NCBI GenBank assembly: GCA_963693365.1
Contig: CAVNZM010000014.1
Span: 372,001 to 436,000, forward strand
Source: Amoebidium appalachense
Lineage: Eukaryota > Protista > Ichthyosporea
Length of the DNA: 64,000 nucleotides
Direction: 5' to 3'
The notes under the pieces were generated by a model. The model did not search any database. It was not told the origin of the DNA and was given only the letters and a program-made list of their open reading frames with translations. Of this stretch, positions 46,492 through 64,000 are shown in pieces (position 1 is the first letter of the stretch; the number at the start of each line of letters is the position of its first letter). The translations under genes and the position numbers were made by a program.

Positions 46492-46618
46492 TTTTTTGTA
46501 GCTGACAAAGGGTGGTGTGCAGGATTCCGACGACAGCCCACCACCTATCGAAATAACGGCCAAGTCACCGAAATCGCCACGGGCAACAGGCCGCCAAAAA
46601 ATGAGGAAAATTGCATGA
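28892..46618 (+). CDS. WDR75: WD repeat protein 75 / UTP17 (t-UTP component of the SSU processome), about 21 exons
   Basis: The spliced N-terminus ([75 protein letters not shown]) matches the WDR75 pattern. Also [64 protein letters not shown] and [10 protein letters not shown]. Exon starts approx. 28892, 29563, 29902, 30718, 31384, 31981, 32758, 35995, 36668, 37967, 38519, 39338, 40689, 41242, 41736, 42586, 43622, 44492, 44833, 45395, 46523. TGA ends at 46618. All phases are consistent. Confidence 0.92.
33241..35297 (+). repeat. Tandem array of four ~452-bp units in a WDR75 intron, each with a structured core
   Basis: Units start at 33241, 33694, 34450 and 34902. Units 1/2 and units 3/4 are near-identical pairs. 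A poly-C plus a variant tail interrupts the array at about 34090-34290. Confidence 0.95.
33361..33522 (+). ncRNA. Candidate structured RNA element (first of 4 tandem copies)
   Basis: Helices ataagca/tgcttat, gctcgtctt/aagacgggt, cccaag/cttggg, gtctgagtt/aactcagac and cgta-ta-tacg, plus a crossing gaccc/gggtc pair. Compensatory changes relative to the copy at 46139. Confidence 0.55.
37473..37609 (+). repeat. GC-rich fold-back element, copy 1 (intronic)
   Basis: About 137 bp, near-identical to 43402-43538. Nested stems tgccc/gggca, accgcc/ggcggt, ggccca/tgggcc, ctgtgg/ccacag. Confidence 0.85.
39776..40445. repeat. 36-bp minisatellite, about 18 copies, in a WDR75 intron
   Basis: Unit acacactggcatacacgtg(c/t)acaga(g/a)gggcacacat. 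It appears as a 12-aa periodicity in spurious ORFs. Confidence 0.95.
43402..43538 (+). repeat. GC-rich fold-back element, copy 2 (intronic)
   Basis: Differs from 37473-37609 at only about 3 positions. Flanks are unrelated. Confidence 0.85.
46139..46293 (+). ncRNA. Diverged solo copy of the candidate structured RNA element, last WDR75 intron
   Basis: Same ends as 33361-33522. The internal helices differ in sequence but still pair: acagtatctgagtt/aactcgggtactgt, ctcatgt/acgtggg, tcgt-ta-acga, gaccta/taggtc. Confidence 0.55.
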
Positions 46619-47597
46619 ATAGCCTAAGAATACCAAAGTTGTGTTTTGACAAGCACCAAATAAGTAATTTTTCTGGAAATGCTGGTCCGTTTTCCTTGCT
46701 TGGGGCAATGTGCTGTTTACATCCTGCATTTCTAGGCTGTTGTGTAATAGCTTGTATCATTTGATAGCTGCATCAAAACAAGGGGGGGTGATTAGGGTGT
46801 TGGCTTGTGTGCGTGTAAATGAGTGCCCCCTCTGGCAGGGCAGGTGACATGATAGCTTCCCCTTTAGTAATGGCGAGCAAATACATAGAGAGCTGAGACA
46901 CTAAGAACACGGAGACAATGTCCCCCCTTTCCTCCCCCCCCCCCCCCCCCCCCCCCCCCCTCCCCCCTCCCCCCCCCCCCCGCCCCTCACCCCCACCATG
47001 TGCACCACCACACACACACACACACGCACACACGCACACACGCACACCTAATCATGAAATAGCACACCTTCACAAAAGAAAGCTTGTGAAAAAACGGAAT
47101 ACATAGTGGTGACAGACAAATGATGTTTCTGGGCACCGCAAAGAGCTAAAAACAACAATAAAATCTTTGGTTTTGTATTTGACTGCCCAGGGCACGTTTT
47201 CGGCCTTAGCTGGATACTCTTGGCCATGCCTTGTGCAATGACCATCAAACACGCCAGTACGTATGTACGTATAATTACATTTATTATGTACATAGTGCAT
47301 GCAGTGCCACACAATAAGGCACACACCTTATACTTATGACATAATGCTGTTGTGGGCATATTCGCTGTGTACATGGGGTACATGGAGCACGGGTACTCAC
47401 GTGTAGGACTACGGATATGTGCACGGAATATCCAGCCATACGCATGGGCCTCTACAGATCAACGTTGGTCTGGTAATCAGGCATAACGAAGAGCGCTTTA
47501 CCAACCGATTTGATTTTCTGTGCGATTGAAATTTGGGAAATTTTGTGTGTGCGTGCTGGGTTCGAGTGACCGTGTCAAGAAAGGCCGTGATGACAGT

Positions 47598-47861
47598 GGG
47601 CGACTATACCTCACCCAAATACCCAAACCTAAACCAGATTCCTAGATTTAATATTAGTATTGACGGTCGATTGGATAGTGAAATATTGCATTTCAATCTG
47701 CTACCATTCATCGCGTGGTCGGATATGCCATACATAGATCACCATCGAGCATCTGAATCTTATAAGAAAAGCGTCTCTTTGATAGCACATCTTTTCCAAA
47801 TAAGGCAGGTAATTTGGGTTTCACGGTTCAAAATCTGGGTTTGGGATAGGAATCTAGAAAG

Positions 47862-47899
<38 letters not shown>

Positions 47900-48143
47900 C
47901 TTCCAGATTCCCAAACCCAAACCCAAATCTTCAGGGGTTTAACGTTTACGCTGTTTACTCGAGGCAAAGAGAAACCAGTCTCAGGTATGGGGGGGGTTTT
48001 GCTCGGAATATCCCCTCAGCGGTATATCATGATCACGTACATAGATGTCTGGTGATGACTATATATCAGGGTTTACTATATCAGGGTTTACTTTCTCTAA
48101 GAGACACCATAAAGACTAAGAGAAATCGATTAGTTGGGGTTCC

Positions 48144-48189
<46 letters not shown>

Positions 48190-48435
48190 GCGACAAGATG
48201 AAGCAAGAAAACGCCAAGAACTAAGCTGTTAAGCATATTTCTGGTATAATTTCGGCTTAAGAATATTATCTTATTAAGTAACATTAATATTTGTATGTTT
48301 TATAATGCTTTATTATATTATATATTCTTTGTTTCTTCATAGGCATGGTGCGAAGCGGCGGTCATGCTGCATGCGTGACATCTGGGTTTAAAATCTGGGT
48401 TTGGGTTTGGGTATTTGGGTACGGTATAGTCGCCC
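47598..48435. mobile_element. Non-autonomous DNA transposon (MITE), PIF/Harbinger-like
   Basis: About 45-bp imperfect TIRs: gggcgactatacctcacccaaatacccaaacctaaacc (47598) and its reverse complement ending ...gggtatttgggtacggtatagtcgccc (48435). A 3-bp direct repeat AGT flanks both ends (47595-47597, 48436-48438). No transposase ORF. GGGC termini with a 3-bp TSD suggest PIF/Harbinger. Confidence 0.85.
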
Positions 48436-48449
48436 AGTGTGCTCACTGA

Positions 48450-49401
48450 ATGACGTTGTTGGTGTGCGCTTGGCCACTGACCAGCTCCTGTTTCTTTGCC
48501 ACCACTCCAATGGCCATGGGTGACAGGCAGCTGCAAGACACCAGCAGTAGGCGCCAACAAAGACCCGGCAAGAAACCACACACACAGCAGGGGCTAAGGT
48601 TTGCTCTGGAGGAATGCGTAGTGGTGACTGAGCCGGGTCAGCTGGCACGCACAGACACACAGGCACTGTTTAAGGCGTGCAGGGAGGCAAGGATACTGGC
48701 TGTGACGGGGTGTGCACTCACTGCTATCCCCAGGGAGCTGGAGCAGAGATACACGCGGTTGGAGAAGGTGGACCTGGGTGGTAACAGGCTAACAGGATTA
48801 TCGAAAGAGTTTGTGTGTGGGTTGGCTGCGGCGCCTGTTACTGAGTTGATGTTGGCGAGAAATGAGATCCAGAGCCTACCTTCGAACATACACTTGCTTT
48901 CAAACCTTAGGATAATGAATGTTGCTAAGAACAAGCTCCAGTACTTGCCTTTCTCCTGTTCGCTTTTACACAACCTAACTCGACTAGACGTTAGCAGCAA
49001 CCCATTTTCTTTCCCCCTTCTCTGACGAAATAACTACTCTAATTGAAGACCGCGTACCTTTGCTTACTGAGCTCTCATTTCTTTCCCTTTTGCGGCATTC
49101 AAAAGATACTCGTTTGTGGCTGCACGACCCCGACATGTCTTTTTCTCTGTTAGATCACCTCCCCAGCGAGGTTCTCAACAGACTGAGGGGAGTGGAAACT
49201 TGTGACGTGTGTGGGGGTTTCTTTTTTGCAGCCACCACTAGGGCTATCTTGTTTAGGCGGGTAGCTTTTATTACTGTTCCTTTAACCATGCAGTTCTGCT
49301 CTCAGAAATGTGCAGAAGAGCATGAGGAGGAGGAGAGAAGGGAGGCAGCGGGGGAGGCACAAAGAAGGAGGGAGCGCGCACGTCGCTTTGGCTTGGAATG
49401 A
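48450..49401 (+). CDS. Intronless leucine-rich-repeat protein with a BC-box-like motif and C-terminal CxxC...CSxxC (LRRC58/LRRC28-like); one +1 frameshift near 49013-49020
   Basis: LRR units LEKVDLGGNRLTGL, VTELMLARNEIQSLP, LRIMNVAKNKLQYLP, LTRLDVSSNPF. Removing one base from the C5 run joins these to SDEITTLIEDRVPLLTELSFLSL...LPSEVLNRL..TCDVCGGFFF...VPLTMQFCSQKC. The true start may be the ATG near 48510-48516. Confidence 0.78.
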
Positions 49402-49589
49402 GGATGTTGGTGGGTCGTCCTGTATATATCTATATTTACTGAGTAGCCGAGCCGTTGAGAATATATGCACTGTTTGTGTGCCTGGGAATAAAAAGGAGTT
49501 GGGCTGCTGTGTTTCTCAAAAGCAGTTGTGCCTGGTGATGGAGCTACAGAATCCCCCCCTTCCCCCCCCCCCCCCCCCCTTCCCCCCCC

Positions 49590-49626
<37 letters not shown>

Positions 49627-50344
49627 CCGCGCGCGACATATGCATGCGCACACACCTACATATGCTTGTCTCCTATGGCCACCGCTCGATCACATACGCG
49701 CACACACGTGCGCGGACACACTTTGTGCATGGTCACACAAGACCTTTGTGGCCGTTCACACTGACCCAAACACATCCACACACTCTTATCTGTCCCTCCC
49801 ACTCTGGCTAGTGACCTGCTCCAGCCTGTATTACACGGCTGAAACCAGCCCGATTTTTCATGGTTAATATTGCAACACACTTTATGTACATATGTACAAG
49901 AAGCATTCGTCGGCCGAAACACCAGAGTTTGTATGTGCAATACTATTAATTTATTCATCAGAAAAAAGGACATGCCCGGCAGCTTGACATTCATCACAAA
50001 GAACTTCGGGAGAAAAGAAAAAAGGAAAAAAAACGATCATATTCGCGCATGTCCTTCGCGGCTTTACAACTAAACGTTCACACTGAAGTAAACCTGGCCC
50101 ATGTAGCTACATGGTTAAACTTACCACAAAATTCGAGATCATATCTAAAAACCTTCGACAAATTTAAAAAAGATCCCAGCTGAACGTAGGTACCCTATAT
50201 ACCCGCGATTGACAAAAGAAGAAAAAAAAAGTTGTAAAAATACACCGGTACCACCGTCTTTCAGAACTGAGTCAAACAACCCACATAATTAAAGGGCTCC
50301 GCACTTAACGACATCACGAATGGAAGCACAATGTCAACCCTCAA

Positions 50345-51948
50345 CTATTGTTTTGCACTCTCGTGTCTCTCACACAGCTTGCCCAGCGCCTCTTCTGCCT
50401 CGGCCATGGACCATCTCCTCTGTGGGTCCACACACAACATCGACGAAATAATGTGCCTCAATTCACTGCTCAGGTGCTGGTAGCGCTCAGATTCGGAGGC
50501 ATCAAGCACCTCAACGAGTTGTTCAAAACCTCCACACGCCAACAACACAGAGGGGGACCGCCAGTGAAAAAACCCTGTTACGCATACCAACAACACCACC
50601 CCGAGAGAAAAAACATCGCACTTGAAGAGATCAATTTCCTCGCTGCCGCTACTAGCGATAAGCACTGGTGGTGAAGCCGACCTGGGCACATCATCGTCTC
50701 TTTCGCACTGGCACGCAGCAGCACTAACGGGGTGTTGCACGTGCTTGGCTGGCTCACACAGGTCCGGCACAGATCCCGGAACTTGCTCACATGGGCAGTG
50801 TGTGTTCGTGTTGCGCTGGGGGACAGTGTGGTGGGGGGGCTGGCTGCTTGCCCAGCTCTCGCGTTGACCAACCAATTCAGGCGCCATGTAGGGCTCTGTG
50901 CCTACCCGCCTTGGCAGGTTGGGTTCAGAGACATAGGCCGAGTAGCCGAAATCAATCACCTTTGCCTGCTGCCTGTTTGCGTCCAGCACTATGTGTTCGC
51001 ACTTTATGTCCCTGTGCACGATACCCTTTCGGTGCATGTGTACTAATGCTGACGCCACCTGGTGGGCATATGGCAGGAGGCTGTTCTCGGGCATACCCTG
51101 GCCGGGGGGCAGCAGATCTAACAGATCGCCACCAGACAGATATTCCTCCACCTGCAAACACACCAATCAGCAAGTTGTTCAAATCATGCCGTAAAACGAT
51201 TATGAGAAATTACAGTATACGAGATACCCACTAGTAGAGCACAGAAGAACTCAACAACACGAAAGCACAGCATAAAGACAACTGACACTGCAAGTATAAT
51301 GCAGGCTATTAGATAAAAGGGCGCTTACCAGAACACAAGAGTCGAACGACTTGACGACGTTGAGCAGCCGCACAAAGCCTGGGTGGTCATGCACAGCCCT
51401 CTGCACGGCCACCTCCCTTCGCATGTGCAGCCCCAAAGGCCCTTCTTTCCTGTTCATAATCTTCAGCACCACCTGCTCCCCTGTTTCTCGGTCTGTCGCT
51501 AGCTCGACCGTGGCAGTGGCACCCTGCCCGATACGACGCACGATGTTGTAACGCTTTTCCAGCGGGCTTCTGTACACTGTGGGAGCGTGAAAAAAATCAG
51601 ATGCTGTCTGCCATTGCCAGCCATTGCATTATCCCCAAGCTAAGGCGGCTTAATCATTTTCTTCCATGCAAGAAAACCAGGTTTTTTGCTGAACCATTAG
51701 ATGTATTCAAAGGTGTCCTGGTTGTCTTGCCACATTATTTTTCCACCTTCTACACAAAAAGAATGATTAGTTAACTGACGGTAGATATATCGATTGATGC
51801 CACCGGTTGGCAAGACTGTAAACAGCAAACCAAACCTTGTCAACATACCTCTTGGTGAGCCGCGAGGTGAGGGTGAGCGGCCAAACAGACTACTCCACCA
51901 GCTGCTCTGGGCGGAGCGCTCAGACACAAGCTCGGCCCTTGGAGCCAT
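50345..51948 (-). CDS. Ser/Thr protein kinase, CAMK-group-like, 3 exons
   Basis: Exons 51948-51849, 51576-51329 and 51151-50345, phase-consistent GT-AG. Motifs IGQGATATV, VVLK, RREV, EEYLSGGDL, HRDIKCEH, DFG, GTEPYMAPE, CDVFSLG, DPQRR. Confidence 0.92.
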
Positions 51949-53186
51949 TTTTTTTAAAGGCGGTTGAATGAGAAAAGGATAATTGCTTTCAGTTGACTAT
52001 TTCCTGAACACTAGTACTGCACATGGCATAAATATGAGATCAAGGGGCGGATCGGAACTGAAGTACTGTAAAGGGGCCGATAGTATCGTTCCCCCTATGT
52101 CGTCACTAGCGAGAATACGAAGACTATAACAACCCAGTGTCTGTCACCGACGAGTAACAGACCTCTAGCCCTATTAATTTCAATTGAAAGCTAGAGTGAA
52201 ACGGTGAAAAAAAAACGGTATCGTGGCAAATCCGTGCTGGTCTGTCAGTGAGCCTTCCCGGAACGTTCTACAAGCAGGGTACCACGCAACTGCGCGCCCA
52301 TTGGCTGTAAATATGACGTTACGACGTACGCGGCATTTTGTAAATAGAAGATACCTTTTTATACATAGACAGAAGCGGCGTTATAAACTAGCATTTGAGA
52401 ATGTGAAACATTTTTTTTTTTATAATGAGAAAATGTATCTGTATTGCGCGAACCTACGTTTTTTTCATTTTTGGATGAAGAGATCAGTGGCCTGTTTGTG
52501 CTCAATAGAAACTTCTAGGAGCGCGGTAAACACTCCGGTCCAGTCTGTCTTCACATAAAGTAACAAACAAATTTTCAACAAGCTCAATGCTATCTCAGAG
52601 TGTAAAATCTACACAATGTATTACGAATAATACCAAAAATGCTTTTTTTAACATTATTGAATGTGTAAAATAGTGGCAATATAGCTGTCTAAACCCCCGC
52701 AGAACAACATTCTCAAACCATTTGCTCACCTCCCGGTCCGAGCTGGACTTCGGTGGTACAGATTAATGACATTAGACTTTTTAAATGCTTAACTTAAACC
52801 TAAAGGTTTGGTATCTAAACACTATTGCTTAACAATAGGTATTTATTGGTTAACATTTGTAACAAAAGGAGAATGGGAATGGCGGCGCGCCATCTAGCCT
52901 GGATCCCCATGGTGATTGGCCAAACACGCACCTATACATAACCGACACAAGCTGGCACTAGTATGCCACGGTGGCCAGCAGTGCAAGCGGAGCGAAAGAG
53001 CATACAACAAAAAAAGTAGGAACTTTTTTTTATAGCCTATAAATAGGACCGCGGGGGGCGAGGGGGGGGGAGGGGAGGGGGGGGGGGGGGGGGGGGGGAG
53101 CTAGGGGGCGCATATGGTCTTTTTTTTTTTTTTTTTTTTTTTTTTTTGGTCCATGGGGCACGGGTGCTTCATTCTGAGCACCCGGG

Positions 53187-53260
<74 letters not shown>

Positions 53261-53390
53261 GTGCGTGTACGCGCGCGCGTGTGTGTGTACGTGTGTGTAT
53301 GTGTTCAAAATTTGTGTGTGTATGGGATTAGATTTCTCTAACTCGCCGTTTAACCCGGCCCTCCCCGTTACATCTCTTGCACACACGCAC

Positions 53391-53477
<87 letters not shown>

Positions 53478-53726
53478 CCCTCGCTCTTTTTTTTTGGCAC
53501 ACACGCGCATGCATGCATCGGCATTAATATTACTGAACGCACGTGCACCCGCGGCAACAACACCGGCGGTCCTCCCCCCGCACCCCCCCCACCCCCACCC
53601 CCTACCCTTTTATCCGGTCGAAACTTCTGATGTGGCCTGTAACGCTGCTAGAAAACACAAAAAGTACCATGCGGCACACACCTGCACGCGTGTGCGCGCA
53701 CGCAACTTGTGTGTGTTTGTGTGTGT

Positions 53727-53764
<38 letters not shown>

Positions 53765-54298
53765 GGGGGGAGGGGGAAGGGAGGGTGGGAAGGAGGAGGG
53801 GCTGGAGGGGGAAGCACTTCCATGGTGGAGCTCTAGATCCTTAGAGAAAGAGGTGAGGTCAGCCAGCTGCTGATGAGGACGTCGACGTAACACACGGCAC
53901 ACTATGGCTTAAATACATCTTAAAGTCTGATAGACTGTTCATCGATCATATCTGGAAGGCTGGCAAGATTTCTGTCACCCGATCGAACATACACAAGTTT
54001 CAGAAGCAAACACCCCCCCCCCCCCCCCCTCCCCACCTATCCCCCTTTTCCTTTTTTCCTCATGCACTACCAGGGGTGCATGTCCTCCCCTTGGCTGCAA
54101 GCCCTCGGAATCTTTCCCCCCCGGGAACCCCCAATTTCACACATACACACAAGAAACAGCCCCAACACATCTCCAAAATTGCCCATACTCTCTCTACTTC
54201 CGGCCGCTGGGCCGCAGTGCGGCCCGAGGCCGGAACAGTGAGTGAGAATTTAAACGACGTGCAGGTGCATTCTTCAACGAGTCCGGAGTTCTTCCCCT

Positions 54299-54332
<34 letters not shown>

Positions 54333-55008
54333 ACCCCCCCCCCACCACCACCACCACCACCACACACAAACACCCCTTCTTTCGAGGTATCAAGTTAGGC
54401 TGGTTGGCAACACAAGCACTTTGTCCAACCTGCATACATGTTCAAGGTACATGTACACACACTCTGAGAGGTGAGAGGATACAATTGCAGGGGGCTGATT
54501 GTCGTAACCATGTGTGTGTGTGTGTGTGTGTGTTTGTTGTGTGTGACACTGTGCGCGCGTGCGTGTGTACATGTATGTGTGTGTGTGCGCGCGTGTGTGT
54601 ATGATAGACGGATGGTTACAGTCTCTTGTTTCTATAACAAAAGACTGCTGGGATGCAATTGTAGGGGCCCAGCCTCTGCATATGTATTCAGTGAAGTATT
54701 GATAAGAGTATATGATCAAGGGGTAAGACATGGCAAACACACCACACATGTATATCGTGTGGATTCAAACCTGCCTATCTTGTCGGTATTCGTTCGACTC
54801 TGGCACACAACATACTGTATAATATAGCATAACGAATATTATATCATACGGCATACATTTGCCTACCTTCGGTTCGTTCAACGGACTATCACTCATTCCT
54901 CTGTCATATAGACACCTTCTCGCTAACGTTTACTCTTAAACACACACACCATACAGCCAACTATGCATACAAACTGCCCATAAACACGATACCCACATAC
55001 ACACGTGT

Positions 55009-62792
<7,784 letters not shown>

Positions 62793-63828
62793 AGTGTAAT
62801 GCCAACGTCAGCAAAAAGCCAACTCAAAGGGGGTTCACATAAACCCCGTGCACAAACACAACTGCAAAAAAGCTTCGTAGAACAAACACTTTCCTATTGG
62901 AAAGTCGCTCTGTATGGAGACATTTTATTGGCTTATGAATTGTGGAGGTAATATGATTGGGTTTTGATCATAGGTTGTTGGTTGCCGTCTGCTTGGTGCA
63001 CTGCCCACTTCCTTGGAAACACGCAAGTGTAAGCTCACGCCCATGAAAGCAATGATTCGCACGAGCTCTAAAAAGGGTGCCGTGACCCGTTTCAACTTGA
63101 AAAGCATATGAATTTTGTTTAACAGCTGCGTGAATACAGCAAGAATAAGTGATGTGTACAGTGAATTGTATTATTTTCCAGTTTTCACAGCCAAAACATC
63201 TAGCTCCTGCAATCATTGCATCACTCCGGATCGGTGTTAGGCTGTTAGCATCGATGGCGGGAAATTTAGCCAATCGGAATCAACTGCAGCTGGCTCATGG
63301 GATCGTATTGCGCAAACGTGTTCAACCCAAGGGCGTACGGTACTATGGGCCTTAGCCTCTATAACTCGCAAATCGATCGGTCCAAAATCCCCCCTTTTTG
63401 AGCGATCGTGGTATGAGAATGGAGCATGATATTTGGGAAATTTCAACGTGGAAAGGGAGCTAATGATGTGCACTTTAAAAGTGCCCGGTTACTTTTTTCT
63501 CTGACAGCAAAAACATGGTGAAAATTTGTGTTGAAAATTAAATTTTTCATATGTAGGCCCAAAATTGGCCGCCCAACCGTAACACATAGAAGGAGGGGTA
63601 TTAGACCCATCAATATGGGGTGCAAAATGCTCAGCTCGCCAAGCCAAGGTCAGTCTCCGGAATCAGATTTTCAAAAAAGTTTTCCGTTCTCGAGATATTA
63701 ACACTTTTCCAATCGGACCCCCCAGCTTGAACCCCCACCATGAAATTTAGTTTGCGACCACTTAGGTGCATCATGTGACCGTGCACTACGGACCCGCGCG
63801 CGCGCGCGCGCGCGTGTGTGTGTGTGTG

Positions 63829-63879
<51 letters not shown>

Positions 63880-63945
63880 TACATGTATGTGTGTGTGTGT
63901 TTGTGTGTGTGTGTGTTTGCGTGTGCGTGTGCACGTGTGTACACT

Positions 63946-63998
<53 letters not shown>

Positions 63999-64000
63999 AC

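Noticed and set aside
47533-48201. 222-aa ORF inside the MITE as a transposase
   Set aside because: No DDE or Myb/SANT motifs, and it runs through the TIR, poly-G and poly-T.
53820-54470. Extra terminal exons for ALDH3
   Set aside because: The corrected frame ends at TAG 55009 after RYPPY...ANGW, and the downstream candidates have no homology support.
63340-63795. Possible non-autonomous transposon near the window end
   Set aside because: The composition is suggestive, but there is no convincing TIR pair, TSD or second copy in the window.

Overview
Intron-rich eukaryotic DNA (lineage not determined from sequence). Introns are packed with (GT)n/(CA)n microsatellites and poly-G/poly-C, so almost all ORFs in the supplied track are spurious. 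Manual splicing gives six genes: an F-box/kelch-repeat protein (+, 5589-16597); an LdhA-type D-lactate dehydrogenase with a likely mitochondrial presequence (-, 19301-28126); WDR75/UTP17 (+, 28892-46618, head-to-head with the LDH); an intronless LRR/BC-box/Cys-motif protein with one frameshift (+); a CAMK-like kinase with an atypical catalytic loop (-); and an ALDH3-family dehydrogenase (-). There is also a MITE with clear TIRs and a 3-bp TSD. Three observations stand out. (1) A ~160-nt intronic element with several covarying helices and a probable pseudoknot is tandemly amplified in a WDR75 intron, and its tail is dispersed through other introns, always in sense orientation. (2) An inverted ~4-kb duplicate of the middle kelch exons flanks the gene's promoter and F-box half, an invertible-switch geometry with a near-identical exchange tract. 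(3) Many introns run (GT)n/G-rich to (CA)n/C-rich and have acceptors without a polypyrimidine tract. Several single-base indels in short homopolymers suggest consensus errors. All gene models are hand-built and lack transcript support.
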